This document shows positions 11,769-23,060 of a stretch of DNA of 64,000 nt, piece after piece (positions within the stretch are counted from its first letter, which is position 1; each line of letters begins with the position of its first letter). The stretch lies in contig CM068742.1 in the NCBI GenBank assembly GCA_035084275.1, forward strand, positions 46,252,001 to 46,316,000. Direction: 5' to 3'. Made by a program: the position numbers and the translations under genes. The notes beneath the pieces were generated by a model. It saw only the letters and a program-made list of their open reading frames with translations. It was not told where the DNA came from and searched no databases. Source of the DNA: Hydrolagus colliei. Lineage: Eukaryota.

Positions 11769-11820
11769 ATATATATATATAAAATACATATATATATATA
11801 TAAAATATATATATATATAT
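11769..11820. repeat. interrupted (TA)n microsatellite
   Basis: Direct reading. Confidence 0.9.
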
Positions 11821-13081
11821 GAACCGTGTGATAAAGTGTAGCTCATTCCCAAAAAAAGTTCAGTTAGAATGATTGAATTCAATACAGGCCAAAAAAAAGG
11901 ACTAACTATTTATTCAAAAGCTTGCCCAAATTCCAGGATTTTGAAGAAAAAAAGTAAAGCATTAACTTATACTAGATGTTTGTAGTGAGATTATTTAAAA
12001 TCTAAACAAAAATTGTCAAGTACAACAAAACGTAAGTATTATAATGGTAAGATTCTTTTAAATGGAATAGTCATTCTCTGTAGGCGTGGAGTTTGACCTT
12101 CCTGTACATATTTGACCTTTCATTCACTCCCCAATGCGGCGAGTTTCGCTGGAGCATTCTTAGTGCACTTAAAGTTTGGACAAGCTTGCATTTTTGTAGT
12201 TCTGTTCGCTGGTAAAGCGATTAATGGGTCGTTGAGTTATGTTGTCAATGGAATTTCCTTAAGAAAGACATCGCTTCCAGTATCTGTGACCATAGTTCTG
12301 AACTTGTGCTTTATTTCAATTTGACATGAATAGTCTAATTGTCCATCTCAGAGGTCAGCCTGCATGATTATTTTCTAGTTTATTGCTGAAATGCTGGTAT
12401 ATGTCACATCTAAGTTTTTTTGTGTGTTTATTGTGTACTATCATGGCTTCCTTTTGGGGAAATTGAGACGGTGGTGTGAGCAGATGTCCAAAATGAAATG
12501 CAGTTTACTGGGGGTACTTTACACTCTGAAGTGATTATCTAGCACTCACATGGACTTCCAGTTCAATGTGTTCCTTGTTGAAAACAATGCTGAATGTAAG
12601 GATTTAATAGACAACATTTCATTGTTTACTCAGGGAATATCCTCGACGGTAAACGTGTGTTCCACGCATCTGTTTTTTGTGGTTCCTGTTTTTTTTGTCA
12701 TGAAAAATGTCATGTTGGTTGATATGAAAAAAAGGCAACAAAAATGTCATTGATTTGAGGACAAACACGTGGCTTCTAATCTATTGCAGATAATAAGTGC
12801 AATAAGGCAAAGTGCGCTTTACGTTACTGGCCGCGGCCACGTCTAAAGTAGCTGCCTGCTTGAATCGTCTCGACCTGAATTTGAACTTGTTTGGCTGTTT
12901 AATGGCAGGGCAATGGCCGGGCAGTGACAGAGGGAGCTGGCAATGGCAGGCAGGGCGAAAGCAAGACTCCCCCCCCCCTTTGCTCTTCTCTGAGAGAGAT
13001 GGGACCACAGCTGCGCCGCTCTGGTTAATTAGCATCGCGTACAGCACAGCTCTGCACAAGATCAGCTCTGTACACCCGACA

Positions 13082-14880
13082 CAGCTCAGCCCAGCTCAGC
13101 TCAGCACAGCTCAGCCCAGCTCACTCAGCCCTGCCCAGCCCAGCTCTCAGCCCAGCTTAGCTCAGCACAGCTCAGCCCGGCTCACTCAGCCCTGCCCAGC
13201 CCAGCTCTCTCAGCCCAGCTTAGCTCAGCACAGCTCAGCCCTGCCCAGCCCTGCCCAGCTCTCTCAGCCCAGCCCAGCTCTCTCAGCCCTGCCCAGCTCT
13301 CTCAGCCCAGCTTAGCTCAGCACAGCTCAGCCCTGCCCAGCCCTGCCCAGCTCTCTCAGCCCAGCCCAGCCCAGCTCTCTCAGCCCTGCCCAGCTCTCTC
13401 AGCCCTGCCCAGCTCTCTCAGCCCAGCCCAGCTCTCTCAGCCCAGCTTAGCTCAGCACAGCTCAGTCCAGCTCATTCAGCCCTGCCCAACTCTCTCAGCC
13501 CTGCCCAGCTCTCTCGGCCCTGCCCAGCTCTCTCAGCCCAGCCCAGCTCTCAACCCAGCTTAGCACAGCTCAGCCCAGCTTAGCACAGCTCAGCCCAGCT
13601 CACTAAGCCCTGCCCAGCCCAGCTCTCTCAGCCCTGCCCAGCCCAGCTCTCTCAGCCCTGCCCAGCCCAGCTCTCTCAGCCCAGCCCAGCTCTCTCAGCC
13701 CAGGCCAGCTCAGCTCTCTCAGCCCAGCCCAGCCCAGCCCAGCTCTCTCAGCCCTGCCCAGCCCAGCTCTCTCAGCCCAGCCCAGCCCAGCCCAGCTCTC
13801 TCAGCCCTGCCCAGCCCAGCCCAGCTCTCTCAGCCCTGCCCAGCCCAGCCCAGCCCAGCTCTCTCAGCCCAGCCCAGCTCTCTCAGCCCAGCCCAGCCCA
13901 GCTCTCTCAGCCCAGCCCAGCTCTCTCAGCCCAGCCCAGTTCTCTCAGCCCAGCCCAGCCCAGCTCTCTCAGCCCAGCCCAGCTCTCTCAGCCCAGCCCA
14001 GCTCTCTCAGCCCAGCCCAGCTCTCTCAGCCCAGCCCAGCCCAGCTCTCTCAGCCCAGCCCAGCTCTCTCAGCCCAGCCCAGCCCAGCTCTCTCAGCCCA
14101 GCCCAGCTCTCTCAGCCCAGCCCAGCCCAGCTCTCTCAGCCCTGCCCAGCCCAGCTCTCTCAGCCCTGCCCAGCCCAGCCCAGCTCTCTCAGCCCAGCCC
14201 AGCCCAGCCCAGCTCTCTCAGCCCAGCCCAGCCCAGCTCTCTCAGCCCAGCCCAGCCCAGCCCAGCTCTCTCAGCCCAGCCCAGCCCAGCTCTCTCAGCC
14301 CAGCCCAGCCCAGCTCTCTCAGCCCAGCCCAGCCCAGCTCTCTCAGCCCAGCCCAGCTCTCTCAGCCCTGCCCAGCCCTGCCCAGCCCAGCTCTCTCAGC
14401 CCAGCCCAGCCCAGCTCTCTCAGCCCAGCCCAGCCCAGCCCAGCCCAGCTCTCTCAGCCCAGCCCAGCCCAGCTCTCTCAGCCCTGCCCAGCCCTGCCCA
14501 GCCCAGCTCTCTCAGCCCAGCCNNNNNNNNNNNNNNNNNNNNNNNNNNNNNNNNNNNNNNNNNNNNNNNNNNNNNNNNNNNNNNNNNNNNNNNNNNNNNN
14601 NNNNNNNNNNNNNNNNNNNNNNNNNNNNNNNNNNNNNNNNNNNNNNNNNNNNNNNNNNNNNNNNNNNNNNNNNNNNNNNNCCCAGCTCTCTCAGCCCAGC
14701 CCAGCCCAGCTCTCTCAGCCCTGCCCAGCCCAGCTCTCTCAGCCCAGCCCAGCCCAGCTCTCTCAGCCCTGCCCAGCCCAGCTCTCTCAGCCCTGCCCAG
14801 CCCAGCTCTCTCAGCCCAGCCCAGCCCAGCCCAGCCCAGCTCTCTCAGCCCAGCCCAGCCCAGCTCTCTCAGCCCTGCCC
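13082..14880 (-). repeat. pentamer-based satellite (CAGCC)n-CAGCTCTCT, i.e. GGGCT/GAGCT-rich on the minus strand
   Basis: About 1.8 kb of CAGCC, CTGCC, CAGCT and CAGCTCTCT units. It spans an assembly gap, so the true length is unknown. Confidence 0.97.
14523..14680. other. assembly gap inside satellite
   Basis: Run of N with the same repeat on both sides. Confidence 1.
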
Positions 14881-17800
14881 TGATGCTCTGTAGCTGGTGC
14901 GGTTGGCAGCCTGGCCCGGGAGCCGCCGACGCTTATTGGTAGTTTCCGTGGCGACGGAACAATGGGAGGCGGGCGAGGCTCGCGCGTGCCCCGGGCCCCC
15001 CGGCTCTCCACTGTCTGTCTGTCTGTCTGTCTGCAAACAGTGGGCTCTGTGGCCAGGTATATACTCACCCGAATCACCTCCCATGTAACAGAAAGATACT
15101 GCACCGTTTCCCTTTTATTTCAGAAAGTTGCCACCAAATCCAAATGGATGGGGGGGGGGGGGGGGGGGGGGGGGATCTATCTGTTAAATTCTGTCAATTT
15201 CTTTCAACTTCAGGGCCCTTTCCCCCTCCCTTGTTTATCCATTCTATAGCATGGGTAGACATTTGTTGTTTGCGTTGAATCATCCAAGGATTGTTTTGAC
15301 AACTTTGTACGACTGGTGGATAGCTATTCACACAGCAGTATATATATTTTTTAAATAGGTGGTTACTGATTATATTCAACTCTTTGAAAAGTCGGAACTG
15401 TCTCATTGGTCGGTTGCTGATGGCGCCTCGGAAAACACGATTTAAAAATAAGACTATCTCGTCATAAATAGTTTGCCTGTTTATACAACAGACCGTTGGG
15501 ATGGAGGCGACTCTATCCCCTGTGACAAGTCGCTGGCTGCACTGGTGTCACTCAAGTGTTTGTTGGCATCTCAGAAATGCCATTGTGTGCGATGGTTTTC
15601 ATTCTTTTTTTTGTTTTTAAAAAAAAGAAACGAAATTCGAAAACTTTATCCGAGTGAGATCACCATTCGTACGCGGTAAAGCATTTAATAACATCTTGCA
15701 TGGTCATTTGAACTTCTTGTAAATTCCATAGCGGATTAAATGGATGGCATGCTGCGAGACAGCAGTGATACTTTTATTAACCCTTTCCCTAGCCGCAATA
15801 TTCCAGTGTTACATAGTTACATAGTTGAATGACTATCGTAAGGGAAATTATCTTTTTTTTTAATGTGCTGTTCACTATTGTATAGTGAATATATAAACTA
15901 AACAACTTCCTTAGCGGGTGGGTATCCATTGAGTGAAAGTGAGACTCCTGATAGATTTTAAACAGTCAGGTGTTCTGTGTAACTCAAGGTAGGATTGGGA
16001 AATAATACAGAATTGTTAGAGATGAGATTATTCCCATTAATGTTCAATAACATTTTTCGTTACACAGATGCGGACCTGCGGAAGCATTGCATGACTGGGT
16101 CTTATTTTGCACTTTCCTGTGTTGTATGTGAAGGCAAGTCTGCAACACAACGTGAAGAACAATCATAAAATGGCAAAGTTGTGCCTGGCTGTTGATGTTT
16201 TTTGGGGGAGTTATTGTACAAAGAGAGACTTGCATATTACTAGAAGTATGTGCAGAATTAAGAGAAAATAGCCGCACTGAGGTGATTGTATGGTCACATT
16301 AATTGTACCCACAGCACTGAGAGGGTGCACGGTTTCAGTGTTATTGGAATAGCCAGGCGGAAACCATCAAAAATAACTGAGTATTTCCGAACGACATGTA
16401 ATTAAAACAGAAGGCGACGCCCTTATTTTTAGCCCACGTTAATGTGACGCAGCACGTGATGTTGGGTATGTTGTAAATAAGTCAAACATACCAATTACAG
16501 TCGCATATTTATTCAAATAAATGCAGCGCGGAGTCCACACCTTGCAATATGCCTCACACATTCTAACAGTCATTATTACGAAACCTTTTTTGGGGTGGAG
16601 AGGGGGATATTATAAAACACTACTTGATTTTCGTAGGGATTAAGGATTACTATTGAAAATAGTTGATTTATTTGACCACAGTTTTGTTTTTACTGAATCA
16701 CTGAGTCTGTTTATATGCAACATTGCCATTGGTTTTGTGTTCTAAACGTGGTTTACTTCACAGAAACGTCAGTTGCATTGAGCTATCAATAATATACAGT
16801 ATCTATCTATTTCATACAATATAGTCACACGCATGCCAGGGGGTTTGCACCTTCTTGCCAAAGAGTCTAAGGTGATACAGCAATTATTCTAGAATATCTA
16901 TTGCATAAAATTGATAGCAATCCAGTTATTAACCAAATATTTTAGTGCAGAGCAACACTGTATAGTGGATAGGTAACAGGGAAAAGTGTATTTTATGAAC
17001 AGATTTTTAATAATAATTTCATCAAAGTTCCCAAAAAGATTCATTTTAGAAAATAGATCTGAATATCCATTTTGTAAGTGTAATCTTTCGGATTTTTAGA
17101 TAACAAAGATAATGTTATTTACTATGAATTAATATTAAGGTGTAATAGTGAATCGATAATTATTTAGATTTTCGTTTCTTACAGATTGAGTTTATTGGTC
17201 AGTATTTGCACTAACTTCTGCAGTAAGTACATAACAGAAAATGTAACCTTCCAAATGGCTATTCATTTAATTTATTACCATTTTGGGACAGCTTTTACCC
17301 TTGAAAAAACCCACTATATTTTTAAAATGTAAATATAGATGCAGTGTACAAACATTGAAATGTGTACAAACGCTATTTGCTAACCAAAAACACGCGACAG
17401 TTTCAGTCTGTTCTTTGTGTTAAAGTTACTAACCTTTAATAATTTTGTTTACGACAGATGATGAGTAATTATTTGAGTCCTAACAACACCAGGCGTAACT
17501 AAATTAATCTTTATAAATTAAGTTGATAATGACTCATTATGGCGCTGACCTATATTTAAATGTGAAGAAAATGGTTCTTTAGTATTAGTAATGTATGTTT
17601 TGTATCATATGGTGTGTTTCAAATAATGCATAGTAAACACTACGCATAAGTGATTACACATACCAGCTCAATGTATCCTGCTGGATCAGTAGTGAGAGCA
17701 CTGAATGAAAGCATACCAGTGGAGAGGACTGGTAAATTGAACTTGAATGGGATAATAGATAGATAGGAGGGAATTACAAGGTAATAGCACAATTGACAAG

Positions 17801-18366
17801 TTTAGATTATGTCATAAAGCCCAAGTTTATGCATTGTATCTTCAAATCAGCTTAGCATTTTAATATTTTTTTATTTCATCCGTATTTATTTAAAATCTAA
17901 GACAATGCTCGCTTTTTTTTAGTCTTTTAGAACTGATGCGTTTTTAAAAAAGTGACTTATTTACTTTTTGAAAGTATATTTTATATTACAGGACACACTG
18001 ATATATGGTGAATTACCTTGTAGTCTAAAAGCATGATGTTATCATGTGACTTTTAGAAGCGTTACATTATATATGATTGTAAGAGTTACACTGTGTATGA
18101 TATGGTATTTTGTTATGATTTGTGAATTACACATGAAAAGCTTGTGGTCCATTCAACATTGTTTTAAATGATGTTTAGTCCTTCAGAAACATGTCTACTT
18201 AACTTTTTGATAAAGGGAACCTGGAACCATGGCCAAAATGGCCACACAAAAAAAACACATTTCTGATAGAAGTTTTAGTTGTACACATTTGGAGTATTCA
18301 GCAGATTGCATAACAATAAAAATATTTTGAACTTCGATTGAAATTTTTTTTCACAAAATAGTGGCT

Positions 18367-18422
18367 AAATTATAAATTCAGTAAAATTATAAATTCAGTA
18401 AAATTATAAATTCAGTAAAATT
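18367..18422 (+). repeat. 17-bp tandem repeat x3.3 (AAATTATAAATTCAGTA)
   Basis: Perfect copies at 18367, 18384 and 18401. Confidence 0.95.
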
Positions 18423-19705
18423 TAAAAAATTCTTCTTTGACGTGACATTTTATACATTTTAAATGGAATGTTTATGTTATTGAAATATATTACAATTTCA
18501 TATTTAATCCATAAAATCAACTATGTTAACTTTACCAATGATAAGATGATAATAAATGTCTGTCTTTTTTGAAATCTTGGTTTATAGAACTTAGAATAAT
18601 CTGTCTAAATTTAGGTATCCAATAGGTTAAGGATTGACATACTCAATCAAGACTAGAGATAAAATCAAACCAGTCCAGTTTTATTTAGGATTATTTCTTT
18701 AAGACAACAATAAATATTGTATTAAAGAAATATAGTTGTTTTATAAAAAAAAGTAAAATTAATCAAAACATAGAAAACAAATAACCCATTTTTTAGGGGA
18801 AAAAAAACTTCAGAAAAATATTTAAGACATCAATAACCTAGATGTCAAATACATGCTCCAAAAGGCATTTGGAAACTGCTGAGAAGGTTTCAGTTCTGGA
18901 CAATTCTGGACAAGAATTTTCTAAACAAATTCATTATTTGTATGTGAACAATGTAAAGAAAATTTGAACTAAAACACCAATTATTATATACTGTTTCCGC
19001 ATTTTATGTGGCTATTGTTTTTAATAATCATTTTATGTCAGAGTATTTCTTAGTATGACCATGGGAAAATGTGATATCAAGTTATTGTGTTTTCTGGTGA
19101 TTAGTGAATTGCCTTTGCATATTGTTTCCTTTTGAAATGCTGTTTCCATTAGGCCTTTCCAAGTAGGTCTATTTGCATTCATACAGACAAAAAAGATTCA
19201 CTGCTTCACACATTTGTTTCAAACATGTAGTCAAGACATAAGGTAAGTGTTCGAAGCAATACATTGTTCTTTATACTCTATTAACTGCTCACAGTCCCCC
19301 CCCCCCCCGCCCACCACACACACTATTATCTTTTTCACAGCACCCCTTAAACACTAGTTTGGAGTTGTAGATTTTAAAGTGCAATTATGTAAATTCACCC
19401 TGATAAATAAATTACAATAATTGTATTTGAAATACCACTCAAATTCTTATGACTAAGGGATTTGAATAATATATTACGCATTACTAAATTATTCATCAAG
19501 GCTAATTCAAAGTAACTATGATGTAGATCATATTCTTATTTCTAAATTGACCTCAAAATTTTATTTACATGTAATTGCAAATATATATATGTATTTATAT
19601 AATGTGATTTAAAACATCTTTCTACATGTGTTAAATTGATTATTGTCTTTTTTAAACTATTTTTGGAGTATGTTTGTGTTTATTCCTGGTGGTCACCTGC
19701 CTTTA

Positions 19706-19950
19706 CCTTAATTTTATTTATCTGAAGCCAGCTATATTGGAAACAAAAGTGGCAAAAAAATCTCACTGGGCTAATTAGAATTAAAAGTGAGATTTAGTAA
19801 CATAGAGAAACATTGCAGCATGTCCTTATTTTTTAAAATCTGAAGCTGGCTATATTGGAAACAAAAATGATGAAAAATAAACTCTCAATGGGCTAATTAG
19901 AATTAAAAGTGAGATTTACCAATATAGAGTGTACTGTAGCATAACCTTAC
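19706..19950 (+). repeat. diverged ~118-bp tandem duplication
   Basis: TCTGAAGC..GCTATATTGGAAACAAAA at 19721 and 19839. TGGGCTAATTAGAATTAAAAGTGAGATTTA is present in both copies. Confidence 0.92.
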
Positions 19951-20379
19951 TTAAGATTTTATTCGTAATATTCAAACTAACCAAATTTGAATAAAGACTT
20001 GTATTTGAATTTGATAAAAATGTGCACCTGAGATGTGAAAGCAGGCAGAGTAATGTTAAATTTAACCAGATGCGGAAATATGCATTAAAATAATTCAAAT
20101 AGCTGATAAAAGACTGGAATGCGTATTGAAAAATTAAATAGTCCTCTTCCACTAAATTTACTTTACTTATTTTACAAAATATTTTTTGCATAGCGATAAT
20201 TTAATTGTAAAGTAAAACATACTGAATTTGCTGGCTATTGACCTAGAATATCAAGCAAATGTCAAATGTCTGCATAATGCACCTACTCGAACAAAAAAAG
20301 TCATTTTGCATGTAAACAGTATTATATTCTAAAAATATATCATGCAATATGTAAAAAAGGATTGCTATAGAATCTACAG

Positions 20380-20445
20380 CAGCATATTAAATATGCAAAG
20401 GCAACATTGTAATATGCTAATGATTTATCATTTTATGCAAATGAG
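20380..20445. promoter_or_regulatory. candidate SOX/POU enhancer
   Basis: CATTGT 20405-20410, ATGCTAAT 20414-20421, TGATTTAT 20421-20428, perfect octamer ATGCAAAT 20435-20442. Confidence 0.45.
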
Positions 20446-22399
20446 AGGACATATGATTCAAACGTGCATGCTATATATGAATCAGTCAAAAATGGTAAGA
20501 CCCTTGTTAGAAAGATAAAATTAAAGATTAATTAGAAGACTCTGCATGCGTTGTCAAACACTAATAACGTAAGGAAAAAGCGTTCTAATCTAATGCTCGG
20601 TACAGGGCTTCTCATGGTGCCACCATTTTATGACAATGGCCATGGTGAGCAAAACGTTAGACTTAAGATGTCCGCTTGTTCACATTCTTGAATTTGTGTG
20701 TCAATAAACAATGAGCGAGTATAGCCTTGAATGTCAATTATTTAATTAACGCCTTTTGTCAGACATGCATAGCAAGTAGCACATTTACCGTGAATAATTT
20801 TAGGTGCTAATTCTCATGCACAATTGGTTCTGTTATTTCAAAGCGAGAATAACGCAGTTTTTTTTCCCTATCGTGAAAATGTAGCAGATCGTCTAGATGC
20901 TTGTATAATTAAGATGTATATATTTTTAAAATTAAGCAGCGCAAAAGATAGTTTCTTAAATACCAGATGTGTACTGCAAGATTTTAGTTTTAAAAGTATT
21001 GCTATCTTTACTAAAATTGAAAAGCCATAATCCTTTCTTGCAATATTTGTTTCACATCAAGCGACTCTACTCTGAGATATCCAAGAGGGATTTATTAAAT
21101 TATTTTGCATTACTTGCTGTGGTTCACGTAAATTCATAGAATATAAATTTTAGATATTAGTTAATATATTGTAATTGCTTTCACACATTTGTTGTAGCTT
21201 ACACTGATATTCATTTTGCTACCGTTGTTCAATGTTTATCTAATGTATTTTAAGTAGAGTTTATATTAGTTTACAGTGTAAATTGCTGGGTTAAAATGGA
21301 TAATCAGTGAGCATATACAAATACACATTCAGTTTTTTATATATTCAGATATGTCAATGTAAATATCATTCCAACTATACTGAGATCATCTGTAAAATAA
21401 TTTCTGCCTAAACTGACAGTGATCTACAATTAATAAACACAGAAAGTATGGAAATGTTAACAGGAATTCAACTAGGAGACCAAGTATGCAGTTTTGAATG
21501 TTTATGTTAAAACTTGGGCAATATTGTACAAACAAATAAAACACAAAGTTTACATTTATATGTAGAGCAAAAAAAGTAAACAAATATAGGGAATGTTTTT
21601 AAATGTAATGAATGTGAATTAGGTTGACATTGTTATAAGAAGGTACACAGTTATGCAATTATTAGCTACATAACAAATGGTACTGACTACGCGGCAATTT
21701 AATTCATAGACAAGCAAATAGGGCATAAACCTGCTATAATGTTCAGCAAAGACACCAATGTTTCATTAATTTTTCTTCATTGTGTCAATTGGTGGTGGCC
21801 AACATTGACATTTAAATCACAAAGTCGAAAATGGTATTGATTTAGTATTGTACGAAATACACTTTTTATTTTTAATGTGTCAATATTGTGCTTACCGTCA
21901 AATGGTTCAGAAATAATGCTCTGAAATCTTATTAGATTTGATCATTTCAGTGTTCAGCCAATTATTTTGCGTGTTTCAGCATAACAATTGATTATAAATG
22001 TATAATAATGTTATCTGACAATAATTAAAAGGGTGTTAGTTAGCTATTTGAGTTTACTATGAAGCGATATGCTTACTTACAGAATTACACATTTCTCATA
22101 ATGTTAATGTTATATTTTGTTGCAATCACCAGTTGTTAATTTTACAATAGGTAATGATATTTTGATTGTGTTAAAAAAATTAGTTGATTGACTGTCCAAG
22201 ACTCCTGTTAGCTGTCTAGTAAACCAGGTATTTCAAAAACTGCTCTTGCTTTAGCATATCATTGCTTGGAAAGGTAATAACAAATCACCAATCTTATATT
22301 TAATTCGATTTATAACATCTAAAGAAAAATAAAAAATGTCTAAATTCACTTTTTTCAATTATTCACCCAACATTTAACACAATAGAGAATTAGAAATAG

Positions 22400-22625
22400 A
22401 GAGTGGCAGTGGAAATTTGGAGCTCTCTCCCCCAAAAGACTGTGGATGCTGGATCTATTCCAATTTTGAAGACTGAGGTTGATACATTTTTGTTAGTTAA
22501 GGGTATCAGGGGATATGGTGCAAAGGCGTGTAAATGGCATTGAGGTAAACATTATCCATGATCCAGCAGAATGACACAACAGGCTTGATAGACTGTCTGG
22601 CCTACTCCTGTTCTTATGATCCTGA
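22400..22625 (+). mobile_element. CR1-clade LINE 3' fragment (chondrichthyan type)
   Basis: Degenerate ORF2 end followed by a 3' UTR ending TGGCCTACTCCTGTTCTTATG, typical of shark CR1/HER1-like tails (from memory). Confidence 0.75.
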
Positions 22626-22830
22626 ATTCTCTCTACTTGTATTTTTGGACATTTGATCAAATGTGAAATTTGACAATATCACTTATCAATATCACACATA
22701 AAAAATATTGCTACTGAAATGCTTCTCTTAAAGGATCTTAAAATCAATACCAAGTAAGAAGTTGTGAAATATTTTAAATTTTGAATAGTATAAAATTTGC
22801 ACTTTGAGCAAAGACACACACAAGAATATA

Positions 22831-23060
22831 CAATAATAATAATCCTTGCATTTGATATAATGCTTTTTCACGTCTTCTAGGTATCTCAAAGCACTTCACA
22901 GATTATACTGTAAAGTGAATTGATTGTATATTTGTGGAAGAAACACGGCAGTCAATTGCACACAGCAGTATCCCACAAACAGTCGTGGATTGAGTGACCA
23001 AATTATTATTGGATTTTTTTGGCTGGATTATTATTAGCTGTGTGGTGTAAGAAAACTTGA
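22831..23060 (-). mobile_element. DeuSINE-like SINE 3' part
   Basis: The reverse strand reads TGTTTGTGGGATACTGCTGTGTGCAATTGACTGCC ... TATCAAATGCAAGGATTATTATT, homologous to copies at 42.5, 58.3 and 62.6 kb. Confidence 0.8.

Noticed and set aside
12812-13315. 167-aa ORF entering the satellite
   Set aside because: The C-terminal half is repeat translation. No coding evidence.
13082-14880. True immunoglobulin locus or CRISPR-like array
   Set aside because: No V, J or C exons or RSS seen, no unique spacers, and the context is eukaryotic.
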